Source: Eledone cirrhosa
Lineage: Eukaryota
Direction: 5' to 3'
NCBI GenBank assembly: GCA_964016885.1
Contig: OZ024743.1
Location: forward strand, 124,620,001-124,684,000
Length of the DNA: 64,000 bases
This document shows positions 53,481 through 64,000 of the stretch, in pieces. The translations under genes were made by a program, and so were the position numbers. Under the pieces are notes generated by a model. The model saw only the letters and a program-made list of their open reading frames with translations, did not search any database and was not told the DNA's origin. Position 1 is the stretch's first letter, and every line of letters starts with the position of its first letter.

Positions 53481-56400
53481 TAACATCATGATAAACAACC
53501 TGTCATTGTGCGGATTTGGCAGTATTGGTAGAGCGTCGGACATGCTTCGTGACATAGAGTTGTGGCCCTTAACATCATGATAAACAACCTGTCATTGTGC
53601 GGATTTGGCAGTATTGGTAGAGCGTCGGACATGCTTCGTGACATAGAGTTGTGGCCCTTAACATCATGATAAACAACCTGTCATTGTGCGGATTTGGCAG
53701 TATTGGTAGAGCGTCGGACATGCTTCGTGACATAGAGTTGTGGCCCTTAACATCATGATAAACAACCTGTCATTGTGCGGATTTGGCAGTATTGGTAGAG
53801 CGTCGGACATGCTTCGTGACATAGAGTTGTGGCCCTTAACATCATGATAAACAACCTGTCATTGTGCGGATTTGGCAGTATTGGTAGAGCGTCGGACATG
53901 CTTCGTGACATAGAGTTGTGGCCCTTAACATCATGATAAACAACCTGTCATTGTGCGGATTTGGCAGTATTGGTAGAGCGTCGGACATGCTTCGTGACAT
54001 AGAGTTGTGGCCCTTAACATCATGATAAACAACCTGTCATTGTGCGGATTTGGCAGTATTGGTAGAGCGTCGGACATGCTTCGTGACATAGAGTTGTGGC
54101 CCTTAACATCATGATAAACAACCTGTCATTGTGCGGATTTGGCAGTATTGGTAGAGCGTCGGACATGCTTCGTGACATAGAGTTGTGGCCCTTAACATCA
54201 TGATAAACAACCTGTCATTGTGCGGATTTGGCAGTATTGGTAGAGCGTCGGACATGCTTCGTGACATAGAGTTGTGGCCCTTAACATCATGATAAACAAC
54301 CTGTCATTGTGCGGATTTGGCAGTATTGGTAGAGCGTCGGACATGCTTCGTGACATAGAGTTGTGGCCCTTAACATCATGATAAACAACCTGTCATTGTG
54401 CGGATTTGGCAGTATTGGTAGAGCGTCGGACATGCTTCGTGACATAGAGTTGTGGCCCTTAACATCATGATAAACAACCTGTCATTGTGCGGATTTGGCA
54501 GTATTGGTAGAGCGTCGGACATGCTTCGTGACATAGAGTTGTGGCCCTTAACATCATGATAAACAACCTGTCATTGTGCGGATTTGGCAGTATTGGTAGA
54601 GCGTCGGACATGCTTCGTGACATAGAGTTGTGGCCCTTAACATCATGATAAACAACCTGTCATTGTGCGGATTTGGCAGTATTGGTAGAGCGTCGGACAT
54701 GCTTCGTGACATAGAGTTGTGGCCCTTAACATCATGATAAACAACCTGTCATTGTGCGGATTTGGCAGTATTGGTAGAGCGTCGGACATGCTTCGTGACA
54801 TAGAGTTGTGGCCCTTAACATCATGATAAACAACCTGTCATTGTGCGGATTTGGCAGTATTGGTAGAGCGTCGGACATGCTTCGTGACATAGAGTTGTGG
54901 CCCTTAACATCATGATAAACAACCTGTCATTGTGCGGATTTGGCAGTATTGGTAGAGCGTCGGACATGCTTCGTGACATAGAGTTGTGGCCCTTAACATC
55001 ATGATAAACAACCTGTCATTGTGCGGATTTGGCAGTATTGGTAGAGCGTCGGACATGCTTCGTGACATAGAGTTGTGGCCCTTAACATCATGATAAACAA
55101 CCTGTCATTGTGCGGATTTGGCAGTATTGGTAGAGCGTCGGACATGCTTCGTGACATAGAGTTGTGGCCCTTAACATCATGATAAACAACCTGTCATTGT
55201 GCGGATTTGGCAGTATTGGTAGAGCGTCGGACATGCTTCGTGACATAGAGTTGTGGCCCTTAACATCATGATAAACAACCTGTCATTGTGCGGATTTGGC
55301 AGTATTGGTAGAGCGTCGGACATGCTTCGTGACATAGAGTTGTGGCCCTTAACATCATGATAAACAACCTGTCATTGTGCGGATTTGGCAGTATTGGTAG
55401 AGCGTCGGACATGCTTCGTGACATAGAGTTGTGGCCCTTAACATCATGATAAACAACCTGTCATTGTGCGGATTTGGCAGTATTGGTAGAGCGTCGGACA
55501 TGCTTCGTGACATAGAGTTGTGGCCCTTAACATCATGATAAACAACCTGTCATTGTGCGGATTTGGCAGTATTGGTAGAGCGTCGGACATGCTTCGTGAC
55601 ATAGAGTTGTGGCCCTTAACATCATAATAAACAACCTATCATTGTGCGGATTTGGCAGTATTGGTAGAGCGTCGGACATGCTTCGTGACATAGAGTTGTG
55701 GCCCTTAACATCATGATAAACAACCTGTCATTGTGCGGATTTGGCAGTATTGGTAGAGCGTCGGACATGCTTCGTGACATAGAGTTGTGGCCCTTAACAT
55801 CATGATAAACAACCTGTCATTGTGCGGATTTGGCAGTATTGGTAGAGCGTCGGACATGCTTCGTGACATAGAGTTGTGGCCCTTAACATCATGATAAACA
55901 ACCTGTCATTGTGCGGATTTGGCAGTATTGGTAGAGCGTCGGACATGCTTCGTGACATAGAGTTGTGGCCCTTAACATCATAATAAACAACCTATCATTG
56001 TGCGGATTTGGCAGTATTGGTAGAGCGTCGGACATGCTTCGTGACATAGAGTTGTGGCCCTTAACATCATGATAAACAACCTGTCATTGTGCGGATTTGG
56101 CAGTATTGGTAGAGCGTCGGACATGCTTCGTGACATAGAGTTGTGGCCCTTAACATCATGATAAACAACCTGTCATTGTGCGGATTTGGCAGTATTGGTA
56201 GAGCGTCGGACATGCTTCGTGACATAGAGTTGTGGCCCTTAACATCATGATAAACAACCTGTCATTGTGCGGATTTGGCAGTATTGGTAGAGCGTCGGAC
56301 ATGCTTCGTGACATAGAGTTGTGGCCCTTAACATCATAATAAACAACCTATCATTGTGCGGATTTGGCAGTATTGGTAGAGCGTCGGACATGCTTCGTGA

Positions 56401-57397
56401 CATAGAGTTGTGGCCCTTAACATCATGATAAACAACCTGTCATTGTGCGGATTTGGCAGTATTGGTAGAGCGTCGGACATGCTTCGTGACATAGAGTTGT
56501 GGCCCTTAACATCATGATAAACAACCTGTCATTGTGCGGATTTGGCAGTATTGGTAGAGCGTCGGACATGCTTCGTGACATAGAGTTGTGGCCCTTAACA
56601 TCATAATAAACAACCTATCATTGTGCGGATTTGGCAGTATTGGTAGAGCGTCGGACATGCTTCGTGACATAGAGTTGTGGCCCTTAACATCATGATAAAC
56701 AACCTGTCATTGTGCGGATTTGGCAGTATTGGTAGAGCGTCGGACATGCTTCGTGACATAGAGTTGTGGCCCTTAACATCATGATAAACAACCTGTCATT
56801 GTGCGGATTTGGCAGTATTGGTAGAGCGTCGGACATGCTTCGTGACATAGAGTTGTGGCCCTTAACATCATGATAAACAACCTGTCATTGTGCGGATTTG
56901 GCAGTATTGGTAGAGCGTCGGACATGCTTCGTGACATAGAGTTGTGGCCCTTAACATCATAATAAACAACCTATCATTGTGCGGATTTGGCAGTATTGGT
57001 AGAGCGTCGGACATGCTTCGTGACATAGAGTTGTGGCCCTTAACATCATGATAAACAACCTGTCATTGTGCGGATTTGGCAGTATTGGTAGAGCGTCGGA
57101 CATGCTTCGTGACATAGAGTTGTGGCCCTTAACATCATAATAAACAACCTATCATTGTGCGGATTTGGCAGTATTGGTAGAGCGTCGGACATGCTTCGTG
57201 ACATAGAGTTGTGGCCCTTAACATCATGATAAACAACCTGTCATTGTGCGGATTTGGCAGTATTGGTAGAGCGTCGGACATGCTTCGTGACATAGAGTTG
57301 TGGCCCTTAACATCATAATAAACAACCTATCATTGTGCGAATTTGGCAGTATTGGTAGAGCGTCGGACATGCTTCGTGGCATAGAGTTGTGGCCCTT
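53481..57397 (+). repeat. SINE-derived tandem satellite, 44 x 89 bp
   Basis: The unit TAACATCATGATAAACAACCTGTCATTGTGCGGATTTGGCAGTATTGGTAGAGCGTCGGACATGCTTCGTGACATAGAGTTGTGGCCCT recurs every 89 bp. The last unit continues into the SINE 3' half (57398-57550). Confidence 0.95.
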
Positions 57398-59012
57398 TAC
57401 GTTCTGAATTCAAATCTCATCGATGTTAATTTTGCCGTTCATCCTTACAGGATCAATAAAATAAAGTACCATTAACACACTGGGATCGATTTAATCGACT
57501 TTCCCCTCCCGCCAAAATTGTTGATTTTGTGCCTAAATCAGAAACCATTATAGTGAAATTCGTTTTTTTTTTTAATCTGTCATAATTGTTTCTACTTTAG
57601 GCACAAGGCCAGCAATTACCCAGTGCATTACTGGTACTTTATTTTATCGACCCCGTAAGGATGAAAGGCAAAGTTAACCTCGGCGTTTATCTGTCATAAT
57701 CACTTTCACTCTCACGTCTTAAACGATCCATCTCTCTTTGTCTCTCACTGTGTTTCTCTTTAAACAACAACGACTTTTCACTCCTCTCCTTTTCCCCTCT
57801 TACTACATATATGTCGTGACGGACGGAAAGCTTCTCTTTTATAATACTACGGACGCGTATCTGCATATGTATGTATGTACGTGTGTGTATGTGCATATGC
57901 ATACATTTATATCTATGAGTATATAAGCGCGCAAACACAGACACATTTACAAGAATACATATACATTCACACAAACACGCACCTACACATACACGCACAC
58001 ACGGCGTAGCAAATGAAACGACAGCCACTGTTTTGCTATAGTTTTTTCACCATCCCTTCCTCACTTTTACACACAAATACGTTCACACACACACACACAC
58101 ACACACACATGCACACACGCACACGCACGCACACACACAAACACATACACACATTGTGTGACGGACGGACGGAAGTCACTCAAATTTATATATAGCTAGA
58201 TTTTGTAGCACGTGTTCCGAAATTTTCTCCCAGTCGAGTTGTACTGCAGTCTTCCCTATCTCAGAATTCACTTCATTATATCAGACCTTTTCTTCCACTT
58301 TTCCTCAATATGTTATACCTTACAATATATTCAGCAACTGTAATTCGAAAAGTGGTTTTAATTAACAAGGTATTTTTGCATATGTATTCCCACCCTCACT
58401 ATCCCACACACACACTCTCTCTCTCACTCTCTATCCTCTCCTCCGCCCTCTCTATCTTCCTTTTCTCCCCTACCTCTCTATCTCTATCTCTCTCCATTTC
58501 TAGTTTCTACCTTTCTCTTTCTCCCTTTCTAGTTTCTACCCCTCTCTCTCACTCTCCTTATCCCTGACTTTCTCCCACCCCTCTCTGGTTTTCTCCCCCA
58601 CCCCACGCACACGCACGCACACACACACACACACACACACGCACACACTTTTCCCGCAGCTATTCCCGGTATTGTTTTTACTTTAACATTCTTTCGCACG
58701 CTGTCATTTCCCAACTGCACAGGTGTTTTGTACATTATGTATACAGACATGATTGTATGTTCTTTGATCCTTTGGAATATTTCTTGAATTGTAATTCTAT
58801 CTGTACAGATGCACCACCAAGAGCTTCTGCCAGTCCTTACTGCATTTTCTATTATTTTGTTTCCATTTTTCTCAATACATTATTCGTTGCTGTCATTACT
58901 ATGTTATTAGATTTGGCCAGTGTTACTTTGGTGAAATAGTAACGCAGGCGTGAGATCCATTCCAACAGGTCATACTGTCTTTCTTTTCCATATCTAGGGA
59001 GCTTATATACCT

Positions 59013-59365
59013 AATTGGCAGTATCGGTAGAGGGTTGGACGCCATGCTTTGCAGAATAGAGTTACGGCCCTTTATGGTCTGAGTTCATCCCACCGAGGAT
59101 AACTTTGGCTTTCATCCTTACAAGGTTGATAAAATAAAGTACCAGTAATGCACTGAGATAATTGCTGGCCTTGTGCCAAAAGTGGAAACAATTATTTGAG
59201 AGTGGTGGCAGCTTTGGCAGAATGGTTGGGCAAGTTCTTTTGCAGCATTTGTTCCGAATATTTACGTTCTGAGTTCAAACCATTCCGAGGTCAAATTTGC
59301 CTTTCAAGGGTCAATAAACTATAGTAGCAGTTAAGTACAGTGATCGATATAATCGACCTTCCCCT
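59013..59365 (+). mobile_element. Two tandem Deu/Nin SINE copies, the second diverged
   Basis: TGGCAG A box, GAGTTCA B box and CTTTCA core occur twice. Confidence 0.75.
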
Positions 59366-59374
59366 TCTACTCTT

Positions 59375-59710
59375 GTTGGAGGAACCCCTCTCTGATTGAT
59401 CTCCACCTTTTTTGGTGTTGGTCATGTCTTCAGGGGTGTGTTAACCACGTCCCCAACCGTACACACCACGCCTGACCAATTGCGGGTTGGTGAGGCTATT
59501 TAATCCATAGTTGGGGTGGATGGCCATTGACTCTGAGGAGTTCATCCTCCCTTTAACAACCCTTGTTCTTATCTGCTGAGGGTTCAAATTACCCTCCTCA
59601 CCAAACCAGTGTCTGGTGGGGAGCCGGTTTAATCACTGACCACTCGACCATGTAGTAGGTTGTACTGAGGTACACGGTACTAGTAGCAGGCAAAAGCCTG
59701 ACCTAACCTA
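59375..59710 (-). mobile_element. RTE-type LINE 5' UTR remnant with a degenerate HDV-like ribozyme
   Basis: The minus strand reads GTACAA CC TACTACAT GG...CTCCCCACC..GGTGAGGAG GGTAAT TTGAAC, which follows the HDV-like P2/P3/L3/P4 order. Confidence 0.45.
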
Positions 59711-60867
59711 GATTATGAAGTTTTATTTCTTGTAGAGAGTTGAGGTTGTTAACGTCAGTGATAGACTTAATCCGTCACCCACGACGATCTGGCCCTTATT
59801 GTAAACACTCGTGCTAGGACTCATGTTTAAAGATAAATACATAAGGGTTGACATGGATAAAAACTGTCGAACTAGTGCAGGTTAAACATAAAGTATTGGA
59901 AGGCTTTCGTAAGGCCATAAATCTACACACAGAAACCTTCTTTCCAAGGCGTTATTCCGGACAAGACTTTTTGTGGAAGACAAACTGTTACCCATACATG
60001 CAAGTTTCCTCTCTCCACGCCACCGCTGTTCTCTAAAAGGAAGAGAAGTGTTAATACAATTTGGCGTAAGTAATGTCGCTAGAGTTGCCGTCAGAATGCA
60101 AGGAGTCGGTGGCAAGAGAGCTCAAACCATCTGATAATTCTGCTAATCCACCACCCTGGATTAATACTTTGTTTATCATTCTCAAAATACTAAAAAGTGA
60201 GGTTGACTTTGGCGAAATTTGAATTTAGAGCACAAATAGCTAGAATGTATACCGTAAGGTATACTCTTCGATTGTGTAACAACTTTGACAAATCGCTACT
60301 TTATAAGACAGAGTGTCTCAAACATACGACCCGCAAACCTAATTTGTTTTTTGATTTGGATTAATTTTTTTTTGGGGGGGGGGGGGGGGGGATAAGATAT
60401 CTGCTATTCTTTAAATGTGATAAAACTTTGAATTTTGCTGTTTTCCCTGTTTTGATAATATTTATGGTACAATTTATTGCAATTTATATATGATATACAT
60501 GGAAAAATTAGAATTAATCAAAAGTGAAAACAGAAACTAGGAATTTACCAAAAGTAAAAATGGAATTAAGGAAAATTTGTTCCCCTACATATTGTACTAA
60601 TTCGCATATCACACTAACTATCATACATGTATTTATTTTGATTAAAATAAACTAAATAGCTGCCTATACGCTGTATAGCATTACAACTGGTGAAATTCAA
60701 GCCACCGCTACCTATCTTATATCACTTTTGGCTCACTGTGACTCTCCCCAGGACTTAATGCTCCTTTTGAGTCTTTGAGTTTGAGGCCCCTGTTATATGG
60801 AGTAGTAAAACTGACACAAATTACTTCTGCAGTGCACACAACAATGATTGAATTGGGCGTAAAAATA

Positions 60868-61086
60868 ATGGTTTCTTATATAGGCACAAGGCCAGCAATT
60901 TTGGGGGAGGGGAAAGTCGATTAAATCGACCCCAGTGCGTGACTGGTACTTTATTTTATCGACCCCGTAAGGATGAAAGGCAAAGTTAGCCTCGGCGGGA
61001 TTTGAACTCAGATCATAAAGGGCCGTAACTCTATGCTGCAAAGCATGGTGTCCGACCCTCTACCGATACTGCCAATCCACCGCCCT
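60868..61086 (-). mobile_element. Deu/Nin SINE, full length (long-tail subfamily). A similar copy lies at 62478-62696.
   Basis: A/B boxes, Nin core, and a GGGGTCGATTTAATCGACTTTCCCC tail hairpin. Confidence 0.9.
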
Positions 61087-61204
61087 TTTTTGGACGTAAA
61101 AATAATGAGAGCATGAAGAAATAATCTGTTGTTGTGTTGTTGTTGACTCAACGATGGGAAATTACAATAGCTTCACTAAAAACTCATTTAATTCCGTTTA
61201 ATAA

Positions 61205-62030
61205 CGGTGCACCCGGCCGATTAACCCACTCGATATGCAAATTGGGCTACTCAGCCGTTAATATGCATAAGGTAAGTATATACGTTCAACAATCTGGCAG
61301 GAAGGTATACGTTGCTGACGATAGCTAATAAGCTTGAAACTAGTACAGCGTTCCTTTGTCAGTGTTGAACAAACAAGCAACGATGGTTGCTAGACACTAC
61401 GGCTTAATACGGGATGTTTGTTTACAAACACACCGAGCATTATAATAAATGTTCGGTGAATCCATACGTACATTTATATATGTGTGCATGTATGTATATA
61501 TACATACTACTGTACGTCTGTATACATATATGTATGTACGTGTACATACTTATATTTATGTAACAGCCGTACTAAGAGTGGGAAATGAAATTTCGTTTCA
61601 TTTTTTCCGTTTATCGTTTTCGGTGCACCCGGCCGATTAACCCACTCGATATGCAAATTGGGCTACTCGGCCGTTAATATGCATAAGGTAAGTATATACG
61701 TTCAACAATCTGGCAGGAAGGTATACGTTGCTGACGATAGCTAATAAGCTTGAAACTAGTACAGCGTTCCTTTGTCAGTGTTGAACAAACGAGCAACGAT
61801 GGTTGCTGGACACTACGGCTTAATACGGGATATTTGTTTACAAACACACCGAGCATTATAATAAATGTTCGGTGAATCCATACGTACATATATATATGTG
61901 TGCATGTATGTATATACATATACATACTACTGTACGTCTGTATAGATATATGTATGTACGTGTACATACTTATATTTAAGTAACAGCCATACTAAGAGTG
62001 GGAAATGAAATTTCGTTTCATTTTTCCGTT
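61205..62030 (+). mobile_element. Retrozyme-like family A tandem dimer (416 bp period), HHRs at 61310-61350 and 61726-61766
   Basis: Direct repeat 61205/61621. CGTTG CTGACGA T AGCT-aata-AGCT T GAAA CTAG TA CAGCG. Confidence 0.9.
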
Positions 62031-63189
62031 TATATATATATATATATATGTGTGTGTTTATTAATGAGAGTTTAAAGTTTAAGCAAAGAATCGCTGCTTT
62101 TACCCTTATCTAATTTTAGGTTCAATACATAATATATACCAATTAATGCTGGAAGTACACTTTTATATATATATTGTGTGTGCGCGCGAAAAGTAAATAG
62201 ATAACAACACAAAGAAACGATACTGTACAACAAAGAAATATATTACTGTAACGCTTGATACACTAGGATAAGTTTCTTACGGTTTCGGATGTTAGTCTTT
62301 CATCAAAATATTGAAAGAGGGATAAACGAAGAAATAGAAAGAGGAGAGTAAAAAGAGGAAGAGGCGGGGAAAACGCATTTGGTGGGAAAAAGCGCGTACA
62401 CGTTTAATTAATCCTTTAGGGAAAATGTGGGTAGATTGTGTCTTAGATATATGAACGGTTTTGAAAAGAAGATAAATAATTGTTTCTTATATAGGCACAA
62501 GGCCAGCAATTGTTGGGGAGGGGAAAGTTGATTAAATCGACCCCAGTGTGTGACTGGTACTTTGTTTTATCGACCCCATAGGAATAAAAGGAAAAGTTAA
62601 TCTCGGAAGGATTTGAAATCAGATCATAAAGGGCCGTAACTCTATGCTGCAAAGCATGTTGTCCGACACCCTACCGCTACTGCCAATCCGCTGCCATTGT
62701 CTGGGCAAGAAAAATAAAGGTGGTAGTGTTTAAATGAAACTTCAGTTTATTAATGTGTGTGTGTGTTTGTGCTAAGCTTGAAGGGTGCATGCACTAAGCC
62801 GTGACGAACATAGCGTTCTGTCTGGGGGTGTAGTGGTGTAGGTGTGAGTGCGCGTAAGGTGTTGTAAGATATTGTAAGGAAAGAAAGACGTTGGAAAGTA
62901 TGTCTGTCGCGTTGACCCATGTCGTGAGTGTGGTCGTAAGAGATACTGTGAAGCATTATGTACGACAACTACAACGGTACAACCTCGGACAGCTGAACTC
63001 TGAAGTGTGGATTCACTATGTACGACGAGGCAGATACAGCCAATAAGTGATGGGAAGCCGCCACCGTCTGCACCCTACCTCTGGCAACGGGTATCACATG
63101 AACATAGCCGCCCGTGCAAGAGAAACCAGCACACCTACATCCTCAAGCGAGAGTCATAAATTGTTGTGTTGGTTGTATGCGATGCCTGA

Positions 63190-63338
63190 CTACATGCATA
63201 TGCGAACGTATACATGTATACATGCATCTAAAAATGTAGGGCGTATACATGTATACATGCATCTAAAAATGTAGGGCGTATACATGTATCTAAATCTAGG
63301 GCGTATACATGTATACATGCATCTAAAAATGTAGGGCG
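63190..63338 (+). repeat. ~35 bp minisatellite (TACATGTATACATGCATCTAAAAATGTAGGGCGTA)
   Basis: Three to four direct copies are visible. Confidence 0.8.
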
Positions 63339-63608
63339 AGCGAGTCAAGGTGGAGACAATAGTATAGGTGGTGTTGAGAATCACAGTTTGGGGAGATGTA
63401 TGCGTATATGATGCAACAGTACATGTGTATATTCATATTTGTGAGCATGGAAGGCTAAATATTATAAGTGGTGGGACCGATAGGTCCAATAGGGTGGATA
63501 TGCATGCATAGAGGTTTCCCAGTGCTCCTCGCGATACTGTTATCTTTTGTTCTGATATTGCTGCCTTGTGCCAACAGTAGAAACGATTATTATATTTCTT
63601 TTTATTAA

Positions 63609-63797
63609 AGGGCGGTGGATTGGCAGTATCGGTAGAGGGTCGGACGCCATGCTTTCCAGCATAGTTACGTCCCTTTACGGTCTGAGTTCAAATCCCGCCG
63701 AGGTTGACTTTGCCTTTCATCCTTACGGGGTCGATAAAATAAAGTACCAGTAATGAACTGGGTAATTGCTGGCCTTGTGCCTAAAGTAGAAGCAATT
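63609..63797 (+). mobile_element. Deu/Nin-domain tRNA-derived SINE, full length (reference copy)
   Basis: A box TGGCAGTATCGGT, B box GAGTTCAAATCC, and GCCTTTCATCCTTACGGGGTCGATAAAATAAAGTACC resembling the Deu/Nin core. Confidence 0.85.
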
Positions 63798-64000
63798 ATA
63801 TTTCTTTTTATACTCCTGTGAATAAACAACACTTGAGCACTCAAGAGGTATATATGTGTGTGTATGTAGAAAGAGGTATACACATATATATATATATGTG
63901 TGTGTGTATGTGTGAATGTGTATGTGAGTGTGAATGAGTGGGTGCATTGGTATAGTGGTAGGAGTCGTGTGTGTGTGTGTGTATGTGTGTGTGTGTGTGT

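Noticed and set aside
53481-57397. CRISPR-like array
   Set aside because: The units are identical with no unique spacers, derive from a SINE, and lie in eukaryotic context with no cas genes.
58695-58985. Possible host exon or piggyBac-like Cys-rich C-terminus (minus strand)
   Set aside because: No convincing motif or splice context, and too decayed to call.
62750-63560. Possible decayed PLE GIY-YIG region (minus strand)
   Set aside because: Only vague compositional similarity, with no clear catalytic motif.

Overview
AT-rich, microsatellite-dense metazoan genomic DNA. The (TA)n/(CA)n load and the SINE family suggest a cephalopod such as Octopus, but this is inference. I found no host protein-coding gene, and nearly all ORF-track entries are microsatellite artefacts. 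The window is a transposon graveyard. It holds decayed Penelope-like retroelements (PLEs, RT + GIY-YIG) of two clades, a CRE-like RLE non-LTR element, mariner and hAT remnants, about 15 copies of a tRNA-derived Deu/Nin-domain SINE, and a 44 x 89 bp satellite built from that SINE's 5' half. The main signal is non-coding. By eye I find more than 30 type I hammerhead-ribozyme (HHR) motifs (CUGANGA...GAAA...NUH) in about 15 sequence-distinct families. They sit in short non-coding units that occur as 310-540 bp tandem repeats or foldback inverted repeats, almost always inside (TA)n tracts. This fits a diverse population of non-autonomous retrozyme/pLTR-like elements mobilised by the co-resident PLEs. 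Many families carry their own palindromic stem III loop. All folds were assigned manually and none was computed.
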